64,000 bases of DNA from Planctomycetota bacterium (GCA_043777375.1 JAYWHX010000009.1:94918-158917), one strand, 5' to 3'; shown: positions 26,438 through 35,957, counted from the first letter of the stretch. Translations and numbers: made by a program. Notes: generated by a model not told the origin, from the letters alone.

Positions 26438-28660
26438 ATGCGGAACAGCTTGCAACACTCCTGGACGGAGCCACCGCTCCAGCCCGGCTGGTCAATCGAT
26501 ACCGCCTCTCGGGCGCGGCTGGGGATGTTGTATTTGATGTTCGTCCTGCCGGTCCTCCTGATCGGGATGCGCCTGGTCTGGCTGCAAGTCGTGATCCCGG
26601 ACCGCTACCTGGCCGCGTGGACCAAGACTACCGAGACCTTCGAGACTCTGCCCGCGACCGATGGCCGCATCCTCTCCAGCGATGGTCAGGTGCTCGCCTT
26701 TGATCAGCCCCGGTATTCGATTCAGGTTCACTACCGCTGGCTGGAAGAACCCGTCAACGCCGACTGGTTGAAAGCCCGCGCAAGGGAAAGACTCCCACGC
26801 AGCGATCGAAGAAACTCGGAGCGGGTCGCCGAAGCCCAGGCCCAGATCCTTCAAGAGCGGCAGAACCTCTGGCAATCATTGGCCACAGTCACCGGGCATT
26901 CTCCCGAGCAACTCACCACTCGACGCCAGTCTGCACAGATCAAGGTGGAAGCCTTGGCCCACACAGTCAACGCCCGTCACGCAGCCCGCATCGCAAGCGC
27001 CGCCCTACCGACTCGCAGTGCATCCATTTTTGACCGCCTGTGGCAGGAACTCCACACCACGCCGGATCGGTCGACCAATCGCCTGATCGTTCTGGCGGAG
27101 GAGCAGGAACCACACTCGCTGCTCGACGACGTGCCGATTGATCAGATCGTGACGATCGAATCTCAGCCCTCGCGATTCCCCGGTGTTGAGATTCATACTT
27201 CAAGCGAGCGAATCTACCCACACGCGACGATCGCTCCGCACATCATCGGACTCCGGACTCCCGTCGATGCCGTCGACATCACAAAAAGAAAGACGCGATT
27301 TCCAGAAGGCGATCCCCTCGCCCTCGAAGTCGGTGATCGGTACGGCCAAAGCGGGATCGAGCGAACCTATGACAGCCACCTGCGTGGCATTCGCGGCCTA
27401 CGACGAGTCGTTCGCAATCACGCTGGAGAAGTCATTGAACAACAGGTCACTCGTCCGCCCCATAACGGAGTCGATCTCACTCTGACGATCGACGCGTCGC
27501 TCCAGCAACAGGCTGAACAGTTGTTGGATCTTGTCTTGAGTGGACAGCCGATTCAGGACTCGACCGAAACGGCACCGGATGGTTCGTCAGTGAGAGTGAC
27601 CCCCTCAGCAGGGGCCATCGTCGTCCTGGATCTGAAGAATGGTGAGACGCTCATTGCGGCAAGCAGCCCACGCTATGACCTCGCGGCCATGCAGCACCCC
27701 TCGAAGGAGCAATGGAGCCAGTGGATGAACGATCCCGGTCATCCCTTCCTCTCGCGCGTGACACAAGCGACCATCCCACCGGGCTCGATCTTCAAGGTGG
27801 TCACCGCCATCGCTGGACTGGAGCAGGGCCTCCTGAATCCCGAGGAGCCCTTTCATTGCCAGGGGTACCTCAATGATCCACAGCATGACCGCTGCTACAT
27901 TTATCGGCACTTCGGCACCGGACACGGCGATGTGACTCTGCCCATGGCTCTGAGTCAGTCTTGCAACGTCTACTTTTTTGATTTTGCACAGCGGATTGGC
28001 CCGCAACCGATCGAGACATGGGCGCGACGACTCGGGTTCGGTGCACCGACCGGCATCGACATCGGCGGCGAACGAGTGGGTCACGTGCCCTCGCGGTCTT
28101 CAGCTGGGAAGCACAACCGCTGGTATCCGGGCACCACGCGACAGTTCGCGATCGGTCAGGGCGATCTGACGGTCACTCCACTGCAAGTCGCCAGACTGAT
28201 GGCGATCATTGGCAACGGGGGAAGGGATGTCACGCCCCGCTTGACCCCGCGACCGACGGGCGACACTCCCCTGCCCTCGGCATCTCGACATGACATCCAG
28301 CTGGCCCGTTCAGAGAATGCTTCTCCCGTTGCTGAGAAGCTGCTCTCTGATCGCACGCTGCAAGCGATTCGCGAAGGATTAGAGATGACGGTCGAACACC
28401 CCCAAGGCACAGGCCGCAAAGCGCAAGTGCCGGGACTGCTTGTCGCCGGGAAAACCGGCACTGCCGAAGCCGGTGGCGACAAACCAGACCACGCCTGGTT
28501 CGCCGGTTACGTCCCCGCCGATCGACCACGCTATGCGTTCACCGTGTTCCTCGAACATGGCGGTTCGGGCAGTCAGATCGCCGCCCCACTGGCCCGCCAA
28601 GTCATCATGTCGATGATTGAAGCCGACCTGCTTTCGCCCCGCCAAGATTCTGGACAGTAA
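26438..28660 (+). CDS. Class B penicillin-binding protein (peptidoglycan D,D-transpeptidase, PBP2/FtsI family)
   Basis: SxxK (GSIFKV), SxN (SQSCNV) and KTG (GKTGTAE) motifs in order, with an N-terminal TM anchor. Confidence 0.85.
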   Translation: MRNSLQHSWTEPPLQPGWSIDTASRARLGMLYLMFVLPVLLIGMRLVWLQVVIPDRYLAAWTKTTETFETLPATDGRILSSDGQVLAFDQPRYSIQVHYRWLEEPVNADWLKARARERLPRSDRRNSERVAEAQAQILQERQNLWQSLATVTGHSPEQLTTRRQSAQIKVEALAHTVNARHAARIASAALPTRSASIFDRLWQELHTTPDRSTNRLIVLAEEQEPHSLLDDVPIDQIVTIESQPSRFPGVEIHTSSERIYPHATIAPHIIGLRTPVDAVDITKRKTRFPEGDPLALEVGDRYGQSGIERTYDSHLRGIRGLRRVVRNHAGEVIEQQVTRPPHNGVDLTLTIDASLQQQAEQLLDLVLSGQPIQDSTETAPDGSSVRVTPSAGAIVVLDLKNGETLIAASSPRYDLAAMQHPSKEQWSQWMNDPGHPFLSRVTQATIPPGSIFKVVTAIAGLEQGLLNPEEPFHCQGYLNDPQHDRCYIYRHFGTGHGDVTLPMALSQSCNVYFFDFAQRIGPQPIETWARRLGFGAPTGIDIGGERVGHVPSRSSAGKHNRWYPGTTRQFAIGQGDLTVTPLQVARLMAIIGNGGRDVTPRLTPRPTGDTPLPSASRHDIQLARSENASPVAEKLLSDRTLQAIREGLEMTVEHPQGTGRKAQVPGLLVAGKTGTAEAGGDKPDHAWFAGYVPADRPRYAFTVFLEHGGSGSQIAAPLARQVIMSMIEADLLSPRQDSGQ

Positions 28661-28699
28661 TCTGTGGCCAGGAACGAAGTGTGGGTCTCGCCTTCACCC

Positions 28700-30175
28700 T
28701 CATCGCAGCACATCGAGCGTCTTCAACCGAATCGCATTCACGGCAGGCAAGAGCCCCCCAATGAATGCCATCACGAACGACAATGCGATCCCGATCAACC
28801 AGATGTTCAAATCCACGACCAGTTTCAGCACGATCGTCTTCCCACCCCCTGCACCGCTGCTGACGCTACTATTCGCAGACCACCCATCACACAACGACCC
28901 GACCAGACAACCCAGCAGGCCGCCGATCATGCCCAGCACAATCGACTCCAGCATGAACGACGCCACCACATGCCGTCGTCCAAAACCCATCAGTCGCAGC
29001 ACGCCAATATCTTTCCGACGGGCACTGATCGCCGCGAACATGGTGTTCATGACTCCGAACACGCCGCCCACAGCCAGGATAATGGTCACGAACCAAATCG
29101 CATACAAGAACTGCTTGTTCGTGGCCTGCAAACCCGAGTAGTACTCCGTCTCGACGGTCGCCGAGAGGCGGGCCTTCGTGTAATCGTCCTTCAGATATTT
29201 GGCCAGTTGGATCGCCGCTTCCGGAGACTTCGCCTTCAGCACCACTGTCGTGTAGGTATTCTTGCCGAACATTGCTCCCACCAGCGAGCGCTTGGCCCAC
29301 ACTTCGCTGTCAAACAGCGACCCGGAACTCTGCATCACTCCCGCGATGACCCAGGTCCGCTCGTTTAACTCGAACGTGTCCCCCGTCACCAGACTCTCCT
29401 TGCCAGCTGCCATCAGATCACGATCATCACGAGCCATCTGGCGGGCCAACCCTTCGCCGACGACGCACTCAATCATCGATTGCCCAGCTGTGGAGCCTTC
29501 GCGAACGCCTGCTTCAGAGAACCACGCTCCGGCGTTGTCGAGTTTGACATAATGCACGAGGCCCGCGATCTGCGGATCATCAATCCCCCGCAGTTGCAGG
29601 AACCGACGCTTCGGTCGATCCGGGGGGGCGTTGGTCAAGGGTTGATTGACCACCATATAGGTTTCTTGACTCGCCAGTCGCCGCGATCCCTCGGACTCAA
29701 CACCCGCCTGATTGGCGATATCACCGACATCGCTAAATCCCAGTGTGCTGAATCCTTCGTCGGTGGTGCCGGCGGAAAGCACAATCACGTTCTCAGGATG
29801 CCCGCTCGATTCGGTCAGCTTGGTCATCCCTGCGACGAAGGCCAGCATCAGCGTCATCACGCTGAGAACCAATGTGAACGCCAGGGCCGTCATCCCCGTG
29901 TTCTTCCAGCGAACTCGCAGATTATTCAAGTTGTACGACAGCGGCACTTTGCTGATGATCAGCAGTAGCAACGTGACTACAACTCCGAACGCCAAAGTGA
30001 CCCACGTCAGTCGACCAATCCCCAGCCAGGCCGGACTCAGAATCCAGGTGATCGCCTGAATAGCCCAGTGGGGCGGCTTTTCCGCGTCGGCGGCCAGCAA
30101 GAAAAAGAATCCCATCGCTTCGTATCCCTGTGGAGTCAGTTTATCCCGCCGGATTCTAGTCCGTTCCCCTTTCAT
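28700..30175 (-). CDS. FtsX-like (MacB-type) ABC transporter permease
   Basis: C-terminal FtsX domain (ISARRKDIGVLRLMGFGRRHVVASFMLESIVLGMIGGLLG) and a large periplasmic loop after TM1. An ATG at 30115 is an alternative start. Confidence 0.75.
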   Translation of the reverse strand: MKGERTRIRRDKLTPQGYEAMGFFFLLAADAEKPPHWAIQAITWILSPAWLGIGRLTWVTLAFGVVVTLLLLIISKVPLSYNLNNLRVRWKNTGMTALAFTLVLSVMTLMLAFVAGMTKLTESSGHPENVIVLSAGTTDEGFSTLGFSDVGDIANQAGVESEGSRRLASQETYMVVNQPLTNAPPDRPKRRFLQLRGIDDPQIAGLVHYVKLDNAGAWFSEAGVREGSTAGQSMIECVVGEGLARQMARDDRDLMAAGKESLVTGDTFELNERTWVIAGVMQSSGSLFDSEVWAKRSLVGAMFGKNTYTTVVLKAKSPEAAIQLAKYLKDDYTKARLSATVETEYYSGLQATNKQFLYAIWFVTIILAVGGVFGVMNTMFAAISARRKDIGVLRLMGFGRRHVVASFMLESIVLGMIGGLLGCLVGSLCDGWSANSSVSSGAGGGKTIVLKLVVDLNIWLIGIALSFVMAFIGGLLPAVNAIRLKTLDVLR

Positions 30176-30212
30176 CGGCGACGCAGGGATATCGGTGTTA
30201 CGTCCTGCTTGC

Positions 30213-30881
30213 TCAGGAAACCAACTCTAGAGTCAGCCACAGACTCGGGTCCCCGTCATATGGAAACTCCGGAGTCAGAGCCAGTGAGTGCAGGCCCAAC
30301 TCCTTGTCTCGCAGCTGAGCGAAGAACCCGATGCGTGGCTGAGCGGTCGGGTCAAATCCGGTCAGAGTATTGGCAGGTAGCCAGACAGCGAGCCGGTAGC
30401 CGGTCTGGGAGTGCTCAGAGTACACGAGGAATTCTTCGCTGTCGGCGAGCTTGGCATCTTGGCTGGCACGCGGAACAGGGACAGGAACAACCACGGGCTC
30501 ACGACCCGATTCACCTCCGCCACTCGGTAAAACGCACAGACAGTGGCAAAACCTCGTTGCCCGATGAACGGTCTGCGTATCGCGTGTATCGATCCACAAC
30601 TGGATGCCGTCAGATTCAAGTGGTCGATCGGGGTTGCAGGCCCACGCCGATTGGCCGGTCACCTCGACGGCAACAGCGAGCCCCTCGGTATTCCACGCGG
30701 CCTTCCAAACAACCGGGATGTTCGCCTCTTCCAGTTTTCGCGGGACCGTCAGCTCGGCCTCCTTCGGCAGCGCCCAGAGCGGCTTCCCAGTCCCAGGCAA
30801 TCGATCGACGCGTGGAACCGGGAGGATCCAGCGGAACTGGAGTTCAGGTGGGAGTAGCAGGGACATGGAGAAAGGCTTCAC
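30213..30881 (-). CDS. Hypothetical beta-rich protein (possibly CBM9/DOMON-like), co-directional with the FtsX permease
   Basis: ORF of ~220 aa. The start is a GTG at 30881 or an ATG at 30866. The segment GLAVAVEVTG...DGIQLWIDTRD is weakly reminiscent of CBM9-like folds. Confidence 0.3.
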   Translation of the reverse strand: MKPFSMSLLLPPELQFRWILPVPRVDRLPGTGKPLWALPKEAELTVPRKLEEANIPVVWKAAWNTEGLAVAVEVTGQSAWACNPDRPLESDGIQLWIDTRDTQTVHRATRFCHCLCVLPSGGGESGREPVVVPVPVPRASQDAKLADSEEFLVYSEHSQTGYRLAVWLPANTLTGFDPTAQPRIGFFAQLRDKELGLHSLALTPEFPYDGDPSLWLTLELVS

Positions 30882-31202
30882 GAGAGGTCAATCCGGATCG
30901 ACATTCAATCCGCAGCCTCGACTTTCACGGGATTCGTAAGGCAGGTCAAGCGTGCTGGATTTGCCCAGTCTGATGAGATGTGCGCCAGCAATGTCGTCAC
31001 TGCCTGAATTCATCGGCAACTCGACAAAAAGACAGTGTCCCATGCGAGCATCAGGCTTTCTCCCCACCTTCGCTCCAGGTGACACTCTTCTCCCCACTCA
31101 CAGCCAGAGAGGCGAATCGAGCGCCGGGCGAGTAACATCTCGGGAGGCGGGTCATGGGACTCTCTTCCAGGCACGCAGAACAGCGATCACAGGCAACTTC
31201 CG

Positions 31203-31847
31203 ATGCGAATCATCACGGGGCGTTTCAAGCGTCGCCAACTACTGGCCAATCCAGGCATGGTCACACGACCGATCTCGGATCGCGTCAAAGAGACACTGTT
31301 TCAAAAGCTGTCGGACAACGGCTGTCTCGAAGGGCGCAGTGTCGCGGATGTCTTCTCCGGCACCGGGACCATCGGGCTCGAGGCCCTCAGCCGTGGTGCT
31401 GTTTCAGTGACATTCTTCGAACTCGATCGCGTGGCGTTCGACATGCTGCACAAGAACGTGACTACACTGGGGGTCGATGACGAGTGTATCTGCTGGCAAA
31501 CCGACATCCTGCGGACCTCGTTCAAACCCAAAGGAGCGAAAGCTCACTTCGCCCCTTACAGCCTCGTCTTCTTCGACCCGCCTTACAAGATGGCTCCGGA
31601 CATCAAGCCGGGGACGAAGATCAGTGCCTCGCTGGAGCGTCTCGGCCGTGATTCTGTAACCACGCCTGATGTCATCATGGTCCTGCGCGTCCCCGAGCGA
31701 GTCGATGTCCAACTCCCCCCCTGCTGGGAGATTGATTGGACCATCACGACCTCGCGAATGCATCTGCATATTTGTAAGAAGGCGGTTGGTGCGGAGCAGG
31801 GCGAAGCAGACGACGAAGGCGTCTGTTCTTCGGGTGATCCGGAATGA
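31203..31847 (+). CDS. rsmD: 16S rRNA (guanine966-N2)-methyltransferase RsmD family
   Basis: MRIITGRFKRRQL...RPISDRVKETLFQ, SAM motif DVFSGTGTIGLEALSRGA, and FFDPPY. Confidence 0.8.
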   Translation: MRIITGRFKRRQLLANPGMVTRPISDRVKETLFQKLSDNGCLEGRSVADVFSGTGTIGLEALSRGAVSVTFFELDRVAFDMLHKNVTTLGVDDECICWQTDILRTSFKPKGAKAHFAPYSLVFFDPPYKMAPDIKPGTKISASLERLGRDSVTTPDVIMVLRVPERVDVQLPPCWEIDWTITTSRMHLHICKKAVGAEQGEADDEGVCSSGDPE

Positions 31848-31938
31848 CACACTTGTGAGCGGCAAGGCGCTAGCCGCCGGTTCTACTCATCGTCCGCCCA
31901 CCAGAACCCGCAGCTAGCGCTTTGTGGCTCACACAGTG
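31848..31938. repeat. Imperfect palindromic element immediately after the rsmD stop
   Basis: The arms cacacttgtgagcggcaaggcgctagc and gctagcgctttgtggctcacacagtg are imperfect reverse complements. An inner ggttct/agaacc stem is also present. Confidence 0.35.
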
Positions 31939-32020
31939 ACCCATCGAATGCACCATCCAGCGCGCTCGTAGAATCGTTAAACTTCGAAGTCAGGAACTCT
32001 CGGAAAGGAAAAGTCGCAGC

Positions 32021-32377
32021 ATGAAACGCAATATGGACTTGATTCGACAATTGGCGATTCGAATTGAGTTGGCTGACAACCAGCTTGATGTCGGAGATAT
32101 CTTGATCGAAACCTTTTCACCGGAAGAGATTCTTTACCATTGCGGCCTGATGCGAGAAGCGGGTTTGATTGTTGGTCAAATAGTCGCACTTCCCGATGGT
32201 GTTGGATACGGGATGATCTCGCATTTGACTTGGCCAGGGCACGATTTCTTAGATGCTGCCCGAGATGACAAGCTCTGGAATCGCACCATGAAAACGGTCG
32301 GGGAAAGGGTGTCCTCTGTGACTTTTGATAGCCTTCTTGATCTCTTGAAAGCCGGGGCGCTTGCGTTGATTTCCTGA
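32021..32377 (+). CDS. DUF2513-like small protein
   Basis: MKRNMDLIRQLAIRIE...LTWPGHDFLD matches the remembered DUF2513 pattern. A 60-nt line here hand-counts at about 45% GC. Confidence 0.5.
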   Translation: MKRNMDLIRQLAIRIELADNQLDVGDILIETFSPEEILYHCGLMREAGLIVGQIVALPDGVGYGMISHLTWPGHDFLDAARDDKLWNRTMKTVGERVSSVTFDSLLDLLKAGALALIS

Positions 32378-32448
32378 GCCGCTCAGATGGCTGAGGATAT
32401 TGTCCAAAACAACTTCTCGTTTTCGCTTGAAGAAGTTGAAGAGAAGCA

Positions 32449-32496
32449 AACGAAGAGAACGAAGGCTCATTCTGAAGTTTCTTCGTTTCCTTCGTT
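32449..32496. repeat. Imperfect hairpin between the DUF2513 gene and the ligase gene
   Basis: aacgaagagaacgaag pairs with cttcgtttccttcgtt as a 16-bp stem with one mismatch and one G-U pair. The loop is 16 nt. Confidence 0.3.
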
Positions 32497-32538
32497 GTCT
32501 TCTGTTCAAAATCAGATTGGGAAGTTGTTTCGAGCCAC

Positions 32539-34755
32539 ATGTTGAATAGAGCTGAAACCTTGGACTCCTCCCTCAACATCGCCGATCGACTTCGCGACTC
32601 CGCCCGGAAATGGCCATGGAGGCGAGCTGTGGTCTGTCCGGTGGGGCGAGATCGTGAAGGCCGGGCGACATACTCCCAGCTGACATTTCAACAGTTGGAC
32701 CAGGAGAGTGACCGCCTCGCGCGCGGACTTGTCGCCCACGGTGTGAAACCCGGTTGCCGTTTGGTGCTGATGGTCCGGCCTTCGCTGGAGTTCATCGCCC
32801 TGACGTTCGCACTGTTCAAGGCCGGAGCCGTAATCGTCTTGATCGACCCAGGGATGGGGCGGACGAACATCTTCAAGTGCCTGGAAGAGGTCGCCCCCGA
32901 GGGGTTCATCGCCATCCCGGCCGTGCATTGGATTCGGACGCTGTCACGAAAGTTCCCCAATACCAAGCTCAATGTCCGCGTCGGTGGACGCTGGGCACCG
33001 GGGTGCGTCGCGACGTACCAGACGCTCCGTGGGATAGGCTTCCAGCCTGTCATTGCTGTGAGCCAGATCGCAACGAACGAGAGCCAAGGTTCCGGTCCCC
33101 TCTCCCCCGCATTCAATATGGCCAACACGAACGACTCCACTGCGGGAGAGAGGACTAGGGTGAGGGGGACCACCGTGCCGCTCACGCCCCCTCACCCCGG
33201 CCCTCTCCCCCCCAGCCACGCCCACCCTGCACTCCACACCGATGGGGGGGGAGAGGGAGCAGAACCGCAGGCAGAACGACAGGCTGGAAGCCTATCCCAC
33301 GAAGAGTTCCCGATCGTCCGCACCCGGCCCACCGACCCCGCAGCTGTGATCTTCACGAGCGGCAGCACTGGTCCACCGAAGGGGGTGCAATACGAACATG
33401 GGATGTTCAACGCCCAGGTCGATCTGCTGCAACGGTTCTATGGCATCGAACCGGGCGAGGTCGACTTGCCCGGCTTCCCGCTATTCGCACTCTTCAACGC
33501 AGCGATGGGAGTGACGACCGTCATCCCGGACATGGACCCGACGAAGCCCGCGAATGTTGACCCGCTGAAGATCATTGAGGCCATCAACGACAACGGGGTC
33601 ACTCAGGCATTCGGGTCGCCCGCTCTCTGGAACCGTGTGGGATCGTACTGTGTCGAGAACGGCATTGAGTTGCCTTCGCTTCGCAGAGCATTGTCGGCGG
33701 GTGGGCCAGTGCCGATCCGCGTGCTGGAGATGATGACCAAGGTCTTGACCGGGACAGTTCCAACGGCGACAGAAGGTGCACCACGGAGGCACGGAGGCAC
33801 GGAGGAAGAGCCGTCAGCGGTCAGCCATCAGCCATCAGCCAGATGTTCTTCAGGTGACCACGTTACCACGGAGCCAGTGGCTAGCGACGTGCCGCTCACG
33901 ATGCCTTCTTCGCACATGGTGGATCTCTATCCCTCCTCCTCCGTGCCTCCGTGCCTCCGTGGTGAAAATCTTCAAGATGTTACCAGGGGGCTGACGCCGC
34001 CCCGCTCGCCGTTGCTTGCCGATCTGCATACGCCATACGGTGCGACCGAGAGCCTACCGGTGGCTTCCATTGGGGCGAGAGAAGTCCTCTCTCGCACAGC
34101 TGCAATGACTCGAAAAGGAGCGGGCACCTGTGTCGGGCGAGCGTTCCCCGGTGTCGACATCCGCATCATCCCGATCACCGAGGGGGCGATTGCTTCGATC
34201 AGCAAAACCCACACGCTCCCCCCTGGCGAGATCGGCGAGATCATCGTCCGCAGTCCCGCAGTGACCCGTGAATATTTCCGCAGGCCGGATCTGGCGGGAA
34301 AGGCAGACAGGAATGTCTGCCCTACTCTCGCGGCCAAGATCCCCGATGGCGAAACGTTCTGGCACCGCATCGGGGATGTCGGTTATCTCGATGACGTGGG
34401 GCTGCTCTGGTTCTGCGGACGGAAGGCTCACATTGTCTCCACCAACGATGGCTCGATGTATTCGGTGTGCTGCGAAGGAGTCTTTGATACGCATCCGCAG
34501 GTCTTCCGATCAGCGTTGGTCGGGATCGGGCCGAAGGGGCAGCAACAACCAGTCCTCGTGGTTGAACTGATGCCTGGCCATGGGATGGAAACAAAGATCG
34601 AAGGAGAGTTGCGACTGCTCGCTCAATCGTCGCCTCTCACCCAGACCATTGAGTCCTTCCAATTCATCGACGCGATGCCCGTCGACACCCGACACAACGT
34701 GAAGATCAACCGCGAGGCACTCGCCGTGTGGGCCAAGGAGCAGCTGAAGCGATGA
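32539..34755 (+). CDS. ANL-superfamily adenylate-forming enzyme (fatty acid CoA ligase family) carrying two in-frame palindromic insertions
   Basis: AMP-binding motifs [12 protein letters not shown] and TPYGATE, plus a C-terminal [21 protein letters not shown]. The 738-aa ORF is intact but holds two non-enzyme-like low-complexity blocks that coincide with DNA palindromes. Confidence 0.8.
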   Translation: MLNRAETLDSSLNIADRLRDSARKWPWRRAVVCPVGRDREGRATYSQLTFQQLDQESDRLARGLVAHGVKPGCRLVLMVRPSLEFIALTFALFKAGAVIVLIDPGMGRTNIFKCLEEVAPEGFIAIPAVHWIRTLSRKFPNTKLNVRVGGRWAPGCVATYQTLRGIGFQPVIAVSQIATNESQGSGPLSPAFNMANTNDSTAGERTRVRGTTVPLTPPHPGPLPPSHAHPALHTDGGGEGAEPQAERQAGSLSHEEFPIVRTRPTDPAAVIFTSGSTGPPKGVQYEHGMFNAQVDLLQRFYGIEPGEVDLPGFPLFALFNAAMGVTTVIPDMDPTKPANVDPLKIIEAINDNGVTQAFGSPALWNRVGSYCVENGIELPSLRRALSAGGPVPIRVLEMMTKVLTGTVPTATEGAPRRHGGTEEEPSAVSHQPSARCSSGDHVTTEPVASDVPLTMPSSHMVDLYPSSSVPPCLRGENLQDVTRGLTPPRSPLLADLHTPYGATESLPVASIGAREVLSRTAAMTRKGAGTCVGRAFPGVDIRIIPITEGAIASISKTHTLPPGEIGEIIVRSPAVTREYFRRPDLAGKADRNVCPTLAAKIPDGETFWHRIGDVGYLDDVGLLWFCGRKAHIVSTNDGSMYSVCCEGVFDTHPQVFRSALVGIGPKGQQQPVLVVELMPGHGMETKIEGELRLLAQSSPLTQTIESFQFIDAMPVDTRHNVKINREALAVWAKEQLKR
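33028..33301. mobile_element. ~270-bp nested-palindrome (MITE/REP-like) element inside the ligase ORF
   Basis: 24-nt perfect terminal inverted repeats (33028-33051 / 33278-33301). Inner stems lie at 33158-33168/33187-33197 and 33201-33213/33245-33257. Confidence 0.7.
33779..33964. mobile_element. 186-bp palindromic (MITE/REP-like) element inside the ligase ORF
   Basis: 28-nt perfect terminal inverted repeats (33779-33806 / 33937-33964), each built from three copies of the 8-mer cacggagg. The length is exactly 62 codons. Confidence 0.7.
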
Positions 34756-34780
34756 GGCTCGACCTCCCTTGGTCCCGGCA

Positions 34781-34995
34781 GGGACATCCGACAGTAGCCC
34801 ACCGATTCATCGGTGGGTTTCGACACGCCTCGCGGATGCAGCCCCGAGAGGGGCGACAGAATTCGACGCCATCGCCAGAAGTGCCTTTCGGTGATCCCCT
34901 CACGAGTCGCGAGTTTCTGTCGTCCCTGAAGGGACTTCTCGCTTCGGCGGCTCTCGCTCCCACCATTGAAACGGTGGGCTACTATCGGGTGTCCC
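34781..34995. repeat. Intergenic palindromic element with two cccacc...ggtggg hairpins
   Basis: The arms gggacatccgacagtagcccaccg and cggtgggctactatcgggtgtccc match at 22 of 24 positions. Inner hairpins lie at 34798-34817 and 34959-34978. Confidence 0.6.
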
Positions 34996-35038
34996 TAGCG
35001 GGACAACGAAAGGGTGATCGCGAGATGAGGAGCCGCTC

Positions 35039-35938
35039 ATGTTGACTCCCGACCAACTCACGCGGCTAGCCGGACTCGAACTCCAGGCTCGCGCCATCGT
35101 CGAAGGGGCGATGTCCGGCCTGCATCGCAGCCCCGCGCGCGGGGTCTCGGTCGAGTTCGCGGAACATCGCCAGTATGCCCCCGGTGATGATCTGCGGCAT
35201 GTCGATTGGAAGGTCTTTGGCCGCCGTGATCGGTACTACGTCCGGCAGTACGAGATGGAGTCGGACCTCGTCTGCCACCTGTTAGTCGATACGACCGAGT
35301 CGATGTCCTATCGCTCCGAACAAAGCGTCGTCTCCAAGCTCGACTACGCTCGCTGGCTCGCAGCTGCGACGGGGTTTGTGGTCACGCAACAGCAGGATCT
35401 GATCAGCCTCTCAACGCTCGACCAATCACTGCAAATGCGAGTCCCGCCGGGTGGACGCATGGCGCATTGGCACAACGTGGTGCAGGAACTCTCGAAGCTC
35501 GATGTCATACCGCTCACAGGCACCCCAGCTGGAAGCCCCTTTGAGGCAGCGCTCGGACAGTTCTCAGAAATGACTCAGCGTCGCTCGGTCGTTGTGGTCA
35601 TTAGTGACTGCCTGCGCCCTCTCGAAGAGGTACTGGCGGGCATGCGGGCGTTACGTTCCCGCAAGCACGACGTACTACTACTGCATGTCCTCGACCCGGC
35701 TGAACTCGAGTTCCCTTTTGACGGGCCGGTATTGTTCCAGGGTCTCGAAGCCCTGGGAGAACAACTGGTCGAAGCGCGGAGCTTACAGATCGCCTATCAA
35801 GCGGAAGTGAAGGCGTTCTGCGATGCTCTCGAACTCGGGTGCCGGGATCTGAATGCGGATTATTCGCGAGTTATGACATACGAGCCAGTCGATCTCGCGC
35901 TACGCAGGTGCCTGCTGGAGCGTGCACGGACTCGCTGA
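35039..35938 (+). CDS. DUF58 domain protein (vWA-like, usually MoxR-associated)
   Basis: GLHRSPARGVSVEFAEHRQYAPGDDLRHVDWKVFGRRDRYYVRQYE is the DUF58 signature. Confidence 0.8.
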   Translation: MLTPDQLTRLAGLELQARAIVEGAMSGLHRSPARGVSVEFAEHRQYAPGDDLRHVDWKVFGRRDRYYVRQYEMESDLVCHLLVDTTESMSYRSEQSVVSKLDYARWLAAATGFVVTQQQDLISLSTLDQSLQMRVPPGGRMAHWHNVVQELSKLDVIPLTGTPAGSPFEAALGQFSEMTQRRSVVVVISDCLRPLEEVLAGMRALRSRKHDVLLLHVLDPAELEFPFDGPVLFQGLEALGEQLVEARSLQIAYQAEVKAFCDALELGCRDLNADYSRVMTYEPVDLALRRCLLERARTR

Positions 35939-35957
35939 AGTCAGCGAGATACACATC

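Noticed and set aside
33782-33805. Tandem 8-mers (cacggagg, three copies), and the ttcgctac repeat (four copies) at 36004-36035, considered as a possible CRISPR or other array
   Set aside because: The units are far too short, have no spacers, and no cas genes are present. They are simple tandem repeats, and the first set forms part of a palindrome arm.
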